From NCBI GenBank assembly GCA_040218735.1, contig JAVJQW010000011.1, forward strand, positions 1-64,000: 64,000 nucleotides of DNA, read 5' to 3'. The notes under the pieces were generated by a model. That model was not told the DNA's origin and did no database searches. It saw nothing but the letters and a program-made list of their open reading frames with translations. The position numbers and the translations under genes are program-made. Each line of letters starts with the position of its first letter. The first letter of the stretch is position 1. Of this stretch, positions 38,290 through 47,498 are shown piece by piece. The stretch is from Deltaproteobacteria bacterium (lineage in GTDB: Bacteria > Myxococcota > Kuafuiibacteriia > Kuafuiibacteriales > Kuafuiibacteriaceae).

Positions 38290-39575
38290 ACCCCGTACTC
38301 CGAGCGGTCCGCGCCCACGACGACGGCGAGCCCGGCGTCCTTGAAGCGCTGCTGGGTCGACTCCACCTCTTCCGCGGTCACCGGCCGATCGATCTCTGGC
38401 GAGCGGAACGTCGTGAACGTCGGCGTCCACTGGTCCATCAGGTGGACGCGCATGTCCTTCGACACGGACGCGAGGAAGTCGGCGATCTTGCCGGAGTCGG
38501 TGACGTCATCCGGCATGATGAGGTGCCGAACGAGGAGCCCCTCGTACGCGACGCCGCGGTCGTCCTTCTTGAGATCGCCGACCTGCCGGTGCATCTCGCG
38601 CACGGCCTCCTGCACGTTGTCCCAGTAACCCTTCGTACCGCCGTAGCGCTGCCCCGCGTCGTTGTTCCCGAACTTCACGTCGGGGAGGTAGACGTCGACG
38701 ATGCCGTCGAGCTCCTTCAGCGCGTCGAGGTCTTCGTAGCCGCCTGTGTTGTAGACGAGCGGGATCTTCAGCCCCTGGTCGGCCGCCATCTGCACCGCCT
38801 CCAGGATCTCGACGATGAAGTGGGACGGCGTCATCAGCTGGATGTTGTGCGCGCCGCGGTCCTGCAAATCGAGGAAGGTCTCGGCGAGCTCCTTCACCTT
38901 GATGTCGTCGCCGCCCTTCATGTGCGCGATGTCCGCGTACTGGCAGAACGAACACGCCATGCTGCAGCTCGAGAAGTAGACCGTGCCGCTCCCCTGCACG
39001 CCGGAGATCTCACGCTCCTCGCCGACGTTCAGGTTCTTGCCGCCGATGCGCAGCGGCACCTTCTTGCGGAACACGCCGTACTTGTCGGTGTCGCGGATGT
39101 CCTTCAGACGGTCGATGCGCTCCTTCAGCTCGCCGCTCTGCGCGAGCGCAACGTAGCTTGCGGGACGGAAGACGTCGTCCGCTCCGCCCGGCCAGTCGAC
39201 GCGGAACTCCGCGAGGCGCGCCTGCTGCTTTTCGTCCATGCAGATGGCCTGCGCGAGCGGCACCTGCTCCATGGTGAGGTCGAGGAACTCGAGCGTCCCG
39301 TCGTCCCGGATGTGCAGCGAACCCTGGTCGTAGCTGACGTCGCTCTTCGCAATCGTCCGCAGCGCGACCAGCGACTCCTTCTCCGCGGGGGTCGCCTTCT
39401 TGTACGGCGTCCGCTCCTGCGAGGACGTAGCCGCGCGTTCAAAACCGCCCTGCCCGGCCGGCGCCTTCGCCTTCTTCTTCGGCGCGGACGCAGACGACGC
39501 ATCGCCCGAGCCGCGCACCTGGGTGCCCGACTCGGTCGGCGTCGCCCCGCCGGTCTTGCGGCTCGCGCGGGTCAC
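38286..39575 (-). CDS. PflX-like (COG1313) radical SAM protein with N-terminal extension
   Basis: GEE..ISG..GSGTVYFSSCSMACSFCQ, GAHNIQLMTPSH, VYNTGGY, DVYLPDVK and LLVRHLIMP motifs. Confidence 0.88.
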   Translation of the reverse strand: MTRASRKTGGATPTESGTQVRGSGDASSASAPKKKAKAPAGQGGFERAATSSQERTPYKKATPAEKESLVALRTIAKSDVSYDQGSLHIRDDGTLEFLDLTMEQVPLAQAICMDEKQQARLAEFRVDWPGGADDVFRPASYVALAQSGELKERIDRLKDIRDTDKYGVFRKKVPLRIGGKNLNVGEEREISGVQGSGTVYFSSCSMACSFCQYADIAHMKGGDDIKVKELAETFLDLQDRGAHNIQLMTPSHFIVEILEAVQMAADQGLKIPLVYNTGGYEDLDALKELDGIVDVYLPDVKFGNNDAGQRYGGTKGYWDNVQEAVREMHRQVGDLKKDDRGVAYEGLLVRHLIMPDDVTDSGKIADFLASVSKDMRVHLMDQWTPTFTTFRSPEIDRPVTAEEVESTQQRFKDAGLAVVVGADRSEYGV

Positions 39576-39576
39576 G

Positions 39577-39858
39577 CTACTGCTTGGAGGCGTTGAGGCC
39601 GACCTCGCCGCGCACGACCTTGCCCGGATCGTCCGGCTTGTCCTCGAACCGATCCGTGTTGCGCGCCTCGGTGATCTCCAGCCCTGCGAGCGACTGGAGC
39701 GCCGCGTAGTGCAGCGCCGCGCACGCGTCGCCGATCCCCTGGCCGCTGTGGTCGCTGATCTCGACCTTGTCGCCCGTGATCGAGATGTTCATCTGGACGT
39801 CCACCACGTAGGTGCCGTCGGTCATCGCCTTGAAAGGCTTCGCTCGAATATCGCTCAT
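39577..39858 (-). CDS. DUF2997-like small protein
   Basis: ISITGDKVEI..GQGIGDACAALHYAAL..LAG..ITEARNTDRF resembles the DUF2997 pattern. GAGGAG RBS upstream. Confidence 0.55.
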   Translation of the reverse strand: MSDIRAKPFKAMTDGTYVVDVQMNISITGDKVEISDHSGQGIGDACAALHYAALQSLAGLEITEARNTDRFEDKPDDPGKVVRGEVGLNASKQ

Positions 39859-39868
39859 CTCGTGCTCC

Positions 39869-40540
39869 TCAGGTCTGGACCATGGCGCGACGCCGACGCG
39901 CCGCAACCGCCGCGCGCGTCCGCTCGGGCATCTTCAGATCCCCGGAGTGCTGCGCGATGACACCCGCCGCCTGGCTGGACGCCTTCGGGTTCACGACCAC
40001 CTTGGCGGTGAACTTGATGTCGAGGCCGCCGTCCGGACGGACGACGACGTTCGGCTCCACCATCATCTGCGGGTTCTTCTCGATGTGCGTGAGCACCTGC
40101 CCCGCGCGCGCGAGCTGCACGACCTTCTTGATCGCGGCTTCGACCTTCGCCTGCGTGAGCCCCACCGCGCTCGCGGTGATCGTCGCCTGGCCGTTCTCAC
40201 CGGCCTGGTACTGGAGCGTGAGCCCGTCGACGCTGATGTTGTTGCCGTTCACCTTCACGTCGAGGCTCGGGATGCGCGAGTCGGAGAGCGCCTTGTTCAC
40301 GTCCTCGAGGTTCACGCTCATCTGCGCCTGCACGCGGTTGGGCTGCGGAGCGCGGTACACGACCTGCGTGTAACCGTACGTCCGCCGCGACTGCACCGCG
40401 CCCGAGAAAGCCGCGAACGCCGCACCGGCCTCCGCTCCGACCCCCTCGGTCGTCGACGCCGCCTGCGTCGCCTGCGCCGCCGGCTGACCGCTCTCGACCT
40501 CACCGGCCGCGAATCGTCCGTTGTCGTTCTTGATCTTCAT
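39869..40540 (-). CDS. DUF1257/Ycf35-like protein with N-terminal leader
   Basis: NLEDVNKALSD...IKKVVQLARAGQVL...RPDGGLDIKF resembles the DUF1257 architecture. GGAG RBS. Start MKIKNDNGRF. Confidence 0.5.
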   Translation of the reverse strand: MKIKNDNGRFAAGEVESGQPAAQATQAASTTEGVGAEAGAAFAAFSGAVQSRRTYGYTQVVYRAPQPNRVQAQMSVNLEDVNKALSDSRIPSLDVKVNGNNISVDGLTLQYQAGENGQATITASAVGLTQAKVEAAIKKVVQLARAGQVLTHIEKNPQMMVEPNVVVRPDGGLDIKFTAKVVVNPKASSQAAGVIAQHSGDLKMPERTRAAVAARRRRAMVQT

Positions 40541-40544
40541 GCCA

Positions 40545-43043
40545 TCACTCCTGCGGCGGCGCCGCGTCATTCTCGACGACGTTCACCGGTACGCCTTCGC
40601 CGACATCCGGGGCCGACGCATCCTTCTTGATCGTGCGCGACTTGCCTTCGAGCGCGTCGCGAATCCCTGCGCTGTCGATCTGCTTGAGGACCTCCGCGAT
40701 GAGGTCCTTCGGCACGTGCGAGCGCACGAGCCGCAGCACCTCGCGGTCCCCCTTGTCGGCGGCGGCGCGAACCAGGCCGACCATCGCTTTCTCGGTCATC
40801 AGGTTCGGCACGGCGAGCCTCAGCGCCGCCTCCAACCGAACCATCGCCTGGTGCTGCCCCGCGTCCATGTCCTTGACGTCCGTCCCGACGGTGTCGTCCG
40901 CCATCTGGACGATCGCGTCGCGCGCCAGCTTCGTCGTCTCGACAGAACCCGCGAACGCGAGCGCGATGGACGACGGGTCCTGCTTCAGGTCGACCATGTT
41001 CCCGAGCTCTTCGCGGTTCGCGAACTTCCCGAGATCACCGATCGCGCGCGCGAGGCTCACGTGCCCCTGCGGCTGCCGAAGCACCAGCTCCGCGACGCGC
41101 CGCACGCTCCCCGAGAGCAGCTCGACATTCGATACGGTCTTCAGCGCTGCGAGCGCGTCGGCCGCGCCGTTGACCGAGACGTTCGCGCCGCCCCACTGCA
41201 CGTTCTGCGGTCCGTTGGCCTGCGGGACCTCCTCGACCAGCTTGTCGAGGAGCTCGTTGGCCTTGTTCATCGAGCCGATGTCGTCACCGTGCCGCGCGAG
41301 CACGCCGACGAGCCCGGCGACGAACGGCGACAACCTGAAGCCCGCCCCTTCGACCGCGGTCTGGACCTTCGACACGAGGTCCTCGGTCTGCTCGGGCGAA
41401 AGCGGCGCGTCCGCGTTCGTCAGCGCGTTGAGGATGCGCTGCGCGGCCGGGAGCTGCATCGGTTTGTTGGGATCCAGCGCGACCTCGATGCCGCGGAGGT
41501 AGCTCTGGCCGATCCACTCCTCGGTCGGCTTCTTGCCGAGCTTGCCCCCCTCGGCGAGCGCTTCGAGGCCCGCGTCCGTCGCCGCGGCGAACATCCGCGC
41601 CTGGCGCGCCGGGTTCTGACCGTCGTCGATCTCGTCCCACAGCTCGTCGAAGAACAGCTCGTACGCCTTGTCGAACTGACCGTGCTCCAGGAAGCCGGTG
41701 ACGGCCGCCTCGAGCGCGTTGAGCTTCGTCGTCGCGTTCGTGATGAACTCACGAATCATCTCGACGGCCTTGTCCGCCACGGCGGGATCCCGCGTGAGCT
41801 GACCGACGAGCGACTGCATCGGCCCGTCCTGGTCCATCGCGGCCGCCTGCAGCATGAGCGCCTGGCCCATCTCACACGCGGCGCGGTGCCCCTCCTTCGC
41901 GTCCTTGCTCTCGAGGTCGGGGTAGACCGTCCCGATCAGCTTCACGAAGCGCGCGACGTTCTGGTTGAACGCCGTCACCTCGGTCTTGTGCGCCTTGTAG
42001 GGCGTGCCGTCCTCCTGCGCCTTCGCCTCCGTCAGGACGCCGAGCGCCTCGGGCATGCGCGCGAACAGCTCCGCGTCCTTCTGCGACACCTCTAGCGCCG
42101 AGCCGAAGGCGGCGATCGCCGGAGCGTCGAGCGGCGCCGTCCGCTTCGTCGCCCCCTCGATCATGTTGTCGAGGTGCGCCGCGATACGGCCGCGCGCGGC
42201 CTTGACGTCCGTCGCCTTGCTCGACCCGAGGAAGATCGCGTCGACCTCGATCTGCTTGGCGCGACCGGTCTCGCCGTCGATCTCCTTCGCGAGGCGAGTC
42301 GCCTCGCGGTTGTACTCCATGACCTCGGACTTGGTGGAGCCGAGGTCCGTGAGCTTCGTCAGCGCTTCTTTCAGGACGTTGAGCGCCGCCTCGCGGTTCT
42401 CCGGCGTGCGGTTCTCCGCGACCTGCACCGACTGCACCGCCGCCTTCGCCATGCGCACCAGGAACTCACTCTGCGCCTCGGGCGCGAGGCCGGGCGTCGC
42501 CGCCATCTGGCGGAGCGTCCCGATCAGCTGCATCGGCTCGTCGAGGTACGCCTGGATGTCGGTGTTGCGCTCGATGATCTCGAGGCCCAGCCGCGTCATG
42601 TCGACCTCGGCCGAGTCACGCAGCTCACGCATCTCGCCGAGGTGTTTGTCGAACTCGTCGAGGAAGTCGACGACGAGGGTCCGCTGCAGCACCACGTCCG
42701 CGTCGGCCTTCTTCTGCGCCGACGCCTTCGCGCTGCCCGACGCGATCATCGCGAGGTAGCCCTTGAACGCCATCAACAGCAGCGGGTCCTGCAGGACCTT
42801 CTCCTGGAACGCGACGTCGAGCCGGTCGGCGCCGACGATCGCCTCCTTCGCCTCGCGCAGCTTCTCTTGGAACTGCTCGGTGGTGATGCGCTTCGAGAAC
42901 ACCCCCGAGTCGTTGCCGAACAAACGCGTCGCCGCCTTGTCGACGACCGCGGTGAGGTCCGAGAGGCCCACGCGCTGGGTCGACGCCGCCTCGGACGTGA
43001 CGTTGGCGCCGGGTGAGAACCGGTTTCCGTTCTGAATCTTCAT
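40545..43043 (-). CDS. 832-aa all-helical hypothetical protein
   Basis: Strong codon bias, amphipathic or coiled-coil helices, GGGGAGAG RBS. No recognised domain. Confidence 0.8.
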   Translation of the reverse strand: MKIQNGNRFSPGANVTSEAASTQRVGLSDLTAVVDKAATRLFGNDSGVFSKRITTEQFQEKLREAKEAIVGADRLDVAFQEKVLQDPLLLMAFKGYLAMIASGSAKASAQKKADADVVLQRTLVVDFLDEFDKHLGEMRELRDSAEVDMTRLGLEIIERNTDIQAYLDEPMQLIGTLRQMAATPGLAPEAQSEFLVRMAKAAVQSVQVAENRTPENREAALNVLKEALTKLTDLGSTKSEVMEYNREATRLAKEIDGETGRAKQIEVDAIFLGSSKATDVKAARGRIAAHLDNMIEGATKRTAPLDAPAIAAFGSALEVSQKDAELFARMPEALGVLTEAKAQEDGTPYKAHKTEVTAFNQNVARFVKLIGTVYPDLESKDAKEGHRAACEMGQALMLQAAAMDQDGPMQSLVGQLTRDPAVADKAVEMIREFITNATTKLNALEAAVTGFLEHGQFDKAYELFFDELWDEIDDGQNPARQARMFAAATDAGLEALAEGGKLGKKPTEEWIGQSYLRGIEVALDPNKPMQLPAAQRILNALTNADAPLSPEQTEDLVSKVQTAVEGAGFRLSPFVAGLVGVLARHGDDIGSMNKANELLDKLVEEVPQANGPQNVQWGGANVSVNGAADALAALKTVSNVELLSGSVRRVAELVLRQPQGHVSLARAIGDLGKFANREELGNMVDLKQDPSSIALAFAGSVETTKLARDAIVQMADDTVGTDVKDMDAGQHQAMVRLEAALRLAVPNLMTEKAMVGLVRAAADKGDREVLRLVRSHVPKDLIAEVLKQIDSAGIRDALEGKSRTIKKDASAPDVGEGVPVNVVENDAAPPQE

Positions 43044-43070
43044 GACTGTTCGCTCTCCCTGACCTCGGCG

Positions 43071-45308
43071 TCAGACCGAATCCATGGCCGACGGGTTCAC
43101 CCCCGCGCGCCGCGCCGGACGCTCCGCCGAGGGCGCCTCGCCCTGCTGCGCCGCCGGTGCCACCGGTGCCTCGCCCGTGCTCGGGTCGAGGATCGCCTTC
43201 CCGCTCGCCGACTCGTACGCCGACGCCTGCGCCAGGATGACCTGCGCTCGGAACGGGTCCTTCTGGTAATCCGTGCGGTACCCCTCGAGGCCCTTCTCGA
43301 TGTCCTTCAGCGAGATGACCTCGTCCTGGTCCGGACGATCCACCAGCGCGACTTCGCGGGCCGCGTTGATCGCGTGGTAGACCTCGCGACCCGAGATCGT
43401 CGGGAACGCCTCCACCAGCTTCTTGATCTGCGCCGGCTTGAGATCGTGCCCGTCCGTGAGCGCGTCGAGGTTCGACTTCCAGATGTCGGCGAGCCCCTCG
43501 GCGTCCTGGTAACCGACGAAGTACTTCGCCGGCGAACGGCTGACGAACGCGCTCGACAGCTTCTGCGGCTCGTTGCACGTGCCGAGCAGGAGGATGTCGC
43601 TCTTGTGCTCCTCGATCCACGTGAGGAGCAGGCCGTGCACGCGGTCGGTCACGCCGCCGTCGTGCGCGCTCGTGCCCTCCGCCGAACCGCCGAGCGCCTT
43701 CTCGATCTCGTCGAGCCACACCACGCAGGGCGCGAGCGACTCGAGCAGCTCGAACATCCGCGCGAAGTTCGACTCCGACTCTCCGACGAACTTGTTGAAG
43801 AGCTTCGCGAGGTCGACCTTCACGAGCGGCATGTCGAGCTTCGACGCCGCGCTCTTCGCGACGAGTGACTTACCCATGCCGGGCACACCGGCGAGGAGCA
43901 TCATCTTCGCGGCCTGCAGCGGCTTCTTGCGGGTCTGACCGGCCTTGAAGACCGCGCGCAGGCGGTCGAGCTTGTTCATCACCGCGCCGAGGCCCATCGG
44001 CTCCGGCATGTTCGGGTCGTGGCGGACGAGCTCGATGTTGAAGTTCTTCTTCAACATGTCGAAGCGACGCCGCGAGATGAACTCGAAGTCGATGCGCCGG
44101 TCCGAGCTCCCCGACGCGCGGCTCACGGCCTCACCCATGAGGTCCTTCGCCTGGTGCGTCGTGAAGCCGATCAGCTGCTGCGAGAGATCCGGGAGCGTCT
44201 TGCCCTCGGGCAGGAACTCCTTGAACTGGTCGAGCGTGATCCCGTCCGCGATCGCGTTCCGGATCATGCCTTCCTTGAGGTCGTCGCCGACGACCTCAAG
44301 CCAGGCGCCGATCTCCTTGTCGGTGACGTCCTCGGGCGCCTTCTCCTCGCCCGCCGCGCGACCCCACAGGTAGCCGGTGACGGAGCCGAACACGAGCCCG
44401 GCCATCATCCGCTTGGTGGGCATCGGCATCGAGTAACCCGAGCCGAGCTCCGCGGCGGTCGTCGGCATCATCGACGGACCGTCGTTGAAGATGATGTGTT
44501 TCGTCGTCGACGTGGTGTCCATGCGACCGCGCATGTCGACGAGCTGCTGGTAGATGCGCCCGTTGCCGACGGCGCCGTCGAGGTCCGCGCGCAGGTGCGG
44601 CCCCATACCGTTGAGCGTGAAGATGATGCGACCGCGTTTGTCCTGGTTGCCGGCCTGGACCCGGTCCACGGCCTGGAGCGTCTCGTTGGGGCTGAGCAGA
44701 TCGTTGATCGCGTCGGTGCCGTCGCTGCCGTACAGGAGGCGCTGCAGCCCCTTGTTGTTGTACGTGCTGCGCTCGGTCTCGTCCGTGAGGTCCTTGTACG
44801 GGACGACCGTACCGTTGTCGTCCGAGTACGCGACCGGCGTGCCGTCCTGCGGGTACAGCTCGAGCCACCCGCCCGCCGAGGACCAGGTGATGAGGCGGAC
44901 CGGCCCCGCGTCGACGTCTTCACGCGCGAACGTCCCGGCGACCTTGACCGAGGCCGCGAGCACGCGGTCGGGCTGCGTGCCTTCGCTGAAGATGTACGGC
45001 TGGCCGCCGTGCACGTGGTAGTAAAGCTCGGCCGACGGGTTCTCCGCCGCGGACTTGCTGCACACCGCGCCGATGGAAGCGAGGCGCCCCTCGAAAGCGT
45101 CGAGCGTCTTCTGCATCGCCGCCGCGATCGCGCCCAGCGCACCGCCCTGCTTGCGGGTGGGGTTGAACCGGCCGCCCTGCGGATCCGGTAGACCGCTCGC
45201 GGCCTGGAAGCCGAGTTGCTCGGCGCCGCGCTGTTGGGTCTCGGCGACCGGCGTGGCTTCGTTCGCCCCGCCGGCATTCGTCTTCAGGCCGTCGTTCTTC
45301 AGCTTCAT
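43071..45308 (-). CDS. Ycf46-family AAA+ ATPase with N-terminal leader
   Basis: GVPGMGKSLVAK, VGESES, APCVVWLDEIEK and DGGVTDRVHGLLLTW are Ycf46-type motifs. Confidence 0.88.
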   Translation of the reverse strand: MKLKNDGLKTNAGGANEATPVAETQQRGAEQLGFQAASGLPDPQGGRFNPTRKQGGALGAIAAAMQKTLDAFEGRLASIGAVCSKSAAENPSAELYYHVHGGQPYIFSEGTQPDRVLAASVKVAGTFAREDVDAGPVRLITWSSAGGWLELYPQDGTPVAYSDDNGTVVPYKDLTDETERSTYNNKGLQRLLYGSDGTDAINDLLSPNETLQAVDRVQAGNQDKRGRIIFTLNGMGPHLRADLDGAVGNGRIYQQLVDMRGRMDTTSTTKHIIFNDGPSMMPTTAAELGSGYSMPMPTKRMMAGLVFGSVTGYLWGRAAGEEKAPEDVTDKEIGAWLEVVGDDLKEGMIRNAIADGITLDQFKEFLPEGKTLPDLSQQLIGFTTHQAKDLMGEAVSRASGSSDRRIDFEFISRRRFDMLKKNFNIELVRHDPNMPEPMGLGAVMNKLDRLRAVFKAGQTRKKPLQAAKMMLLAGVPGMGKSLVAKSAASKLDMPLVKVDLAKLFNKFVGESESNFARMFELLESLAPCVVWLDEIEKALGGSAEGTSAHDGGVTDRVHGLLLTWIEEHKSDILLLGTCNEPQKLSSAFVSRSPAKYFVGYQDAEGLADIWKSNLDALTDGHDLKPAQIKKLVEAFPTISGREVYHAINAAREVALVDRPDQDEVISLKDIEKGLEGYRTDYQKDPFRAQVILAQASAYESASGKAILDPSTGEAPVAPAAQQGEAPSAERPARRAGVNPSAMDSV

Positions 45309-45387
45309 CTGGGTATGGTCCTACGCATCAGGGTGTGGTGTTCGTCCACGATGTGACCACCGGTTCGGCACCGGGGCCATCCGTCGT

Positions 45388-45393
45388 ATTATA
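45388..45393 (-). promoter_or_regulatory. Candidate -10 box (TATAAT) for the AAA operon
   Basis: Perfect TATAAT 80 bp upstream of the 45308 start, in an AT-enriched intergenic stretch. No clear -35. Confidence 0.45.
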
Positions 45394-45455
45394 CGTGCGT
45401 CTCTTACATTCCTACCATGGAGAAATGCTGAGTCACTAGCGATCCCGGAGGTCGG

Positions 45456-46814
45456 TCAACGATCCGAGGCGTGACCTTTGGGGGTGACCGGGAGCACGAT
45501 CGTGAACCGCGCGCCGCCCTCCGGGCGATCGTCGACGCCCACCCAACCGCCGTGGGCCGTGACGATGCGATCCACGAGGGCCAACCCCAGTCCGAGGGAG
45601 CCCCGCTCGCTCGCGCCCTTCTGCAGCGGGGCGAAGATCCGGTCGCGGTCCTCGCCCGGCACGCCCGGCCCGGCGTCCTCGACGGAGAAGGCCACGCCGT
45701 CGTCCGCCTCCGCGACCCGCACTGCCGTCACCCCGCCCCCGTGACGCTCCGCGTTGTCGAGGAGGTTGGCGAGCGCGCGTGCGAGGAGCGTCGCGTCCGC
45801 TACGAGATGGGGGTCCCCCTGAACCTCGAGCAGCGTGGACGCGAGGGCCCGTCGTTCGAGCGCGGCGGCGGCGACGTCCTTCGCGACGAGGCGCTGCGGG
45901 TTCACCACGCCGAAGTCGAGCTTGCTGCTCGCGAGCAGCTCGCCGACCAAGCGATCGATCTCCGCGATCTCCGACTCCATCCCGTCGAGCGACTTCGCGA
46001 GCTTCTCGGGCGCGGCCTGCCGCTGCCGCACCAACTCGATCAACACCCGCAGGTGGCCGAGCGGCGTCCGCAGCTCGTGGGACACCGCCGCGAGGAGCTC
46101 GCGTTGATCCTCGAGCTGTTTTTCGAGGCGCTCCGCCATGTCGTCGATCGCGTCCGCGAGCACCGCGACTTCTTCGGTGCGGTGCCGCGACAGGTGCGTG
46201 CGTCGCGACAGATCGCCCTGCCCGATCCCCTCCGCGACCGACGCGACGTGGGAGAGCGAGCGCGTGATCCGGCGCGCGATCATCAGCGACGCCATCCAAA
46301 GCACGAACCCGACGAGCACCAGCACGAAGAACACCTTGAAGAGCCCGCCGGGGGGGTGGAGGTTTTGGCGACACAGCGCGAGGTGCCCGAACACCACGCC
46401 GTCCTTCGCGAGCGGGACGTCCATGCGGTGCGGGATGAAACACTCCGACGGACCGACCTCGGAGAGGAGGCGGCGGTCCCCGTCGAGCACCTGGATCGAC
46501 AGGTCGAAGTCATCTGCAAGTTGTCTTGCGTACGCGTCCCGCGCGGCCGGATCGGCCCAGGCGTCGGAGAAGTTCCGCGACAGGTGCGTCGACAGGCGAT
46601 CGATGTCGCGGCTCCACTCGGACCCGAACACCCGCCCGAGCCCCCACACCGCGAGCGTCGCCATCACCACCGTGAAGAGGATCGACGCGCCGAACCAGTG
46701 AAAGATCCGTCGCGCGAGAGGACGCGCCGACCGCATCCGCCGGTGACGCGCCCACGGCGGCCCGTGGCCGTGGTGCCACCCACGCCGGTGGTGGTGGTGC
46801 GGCGAGCACTTCAT
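45456..46814 (-). CDS. HAMP-HisKA sensor histidine kinase with His-rich N-terminus
   Basis: VSHELRTPL, NLLDNA, DAGPG and GLGLGL motifs. Two TM helices. Confidence 0.95.
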   Translation of the reverse strand: MKCSPHHHHRRGWHHGHGPPWARHRRMRSARPLARRIFHWFGASILFTVVMATLAVWGLGRVFGSEWSRDIDRLSTHLSRNFSDAWADPAARDAYARQLADDFDLSIQVLDGDRRLLSEVGPSECFIPHRMDVPLAKDGVVFGHLALCRQNLHPPGGLFKVFFVLVLVGFVLWMASLMIARRITRSLSHVASVAEGIGQGDLSRRTHLSRHRTEEVAVLADAIDDMAERLEKQLEDQRELLAAVSHELRTPLGHLRVLIELVRQRQAAPEKLAKSLDGMESEIAEIDRLVGELLASSKLDFGVVNPQRLVAKDVAAAALERRALASTLLEVQGDPHLVADATLLARALANLLDNAERHGGGVTAVRVAEADDGVAFSVEDAGPGVPGEDRDRIFAPLQKGASERGSLGLGLALVDRIVTAHGGWVGVDDRPEGGARFTIVLPVTPKGHASDR

Positions 46815-47485
46815 ACGCCGTCCTTGACCAGCAGGTAGCCGACGCCGCGCACCGTCTTGATGCGTTTGGCCGCGCCGAGCTTCGAGCGCAGATGTGAGAT
46901 GTGCACGTCGACCGTGCGCTCGCCGACGACGACGTCGTTGCGCCCGGCTTCCTCGAGCAGCGCGTCGCGCGGGATGACGCGCCCGGCGCGCCGCGCGAGG
47001 GCGTGGAGGATGTCGAACTCGATACCGGTGAGATCGATCGCCGCGCCTTCGACGATCACCTCGCGTGCGTCGGGATCGATCGTGAGGCCGTTGATCTCGA
47101 TCGTCTGCGTAGTGAGCTCGCCGCCGGCGCGTCGCAGCACGGCGCGGATGCGCGCGAGGAGCTCGCGCGGGCCGAACGGCTTCGGGACGTAGTCGTCGGC
47201 GCCGAGCTCGAGCCCGACGACACGGTCCGTCTCGTCGCCCTTCGCGGTGAGCATGATGACCGGGATGGCGCTCTTCTCGCGGACGCGGCGGAGCACCTCA
47301 AGGCCGTCCATCCCCGGCATCATCATGTCGAGAAGGACGACGTCGTAGGCGCCCGCGGCCAGCGCGGCGAGGCCGCGTCCTCCGTCGGGCGCGTGCGACA
47401 CCTGACAGCCGTTGTCCCCGAGGTAGTCGTCGAGGAGCTCGTACAGTCGGTGGTCGTCGTCGACCAGGAGGACGCGGTGCGCCAT
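46811..47485 (-). CDS. OmpR-family response regulator
   Basis: LLVDDD, LLDMMMPG, KPF and winged helix (RTVDVHISHLR, TVRGVGY). Confidence 0.96.
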   Translation of the reverse strand: MAHRVLLVDDDHRLYELLDDYLGDNGCQVSHAPDGGRGLAALAAGAYDVVLLDMMMPGMDGLEVLRRVREKSAIPVIMLTAKGDETDRVVGLELGADDYVPKPFGPRELLARIRAVLRRAGGELTTQTIEINGLTIDPDAREVIVEGAAIDLTGIEFDILHALARRAGRVIPRDALLEEAGRNDVVVGERTVDVHISHLRSKLGAAKRIKTVRGVGYLLVKDGV

Positions 47486-47498
47486 CGTCGAGGTGAGC

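Noticed and set aside
36143-45308. Operon as a prophage or recently acquired island
   Set aside because: No integrase, att repeats or structural genes seen; GC and codon usage look host-like.
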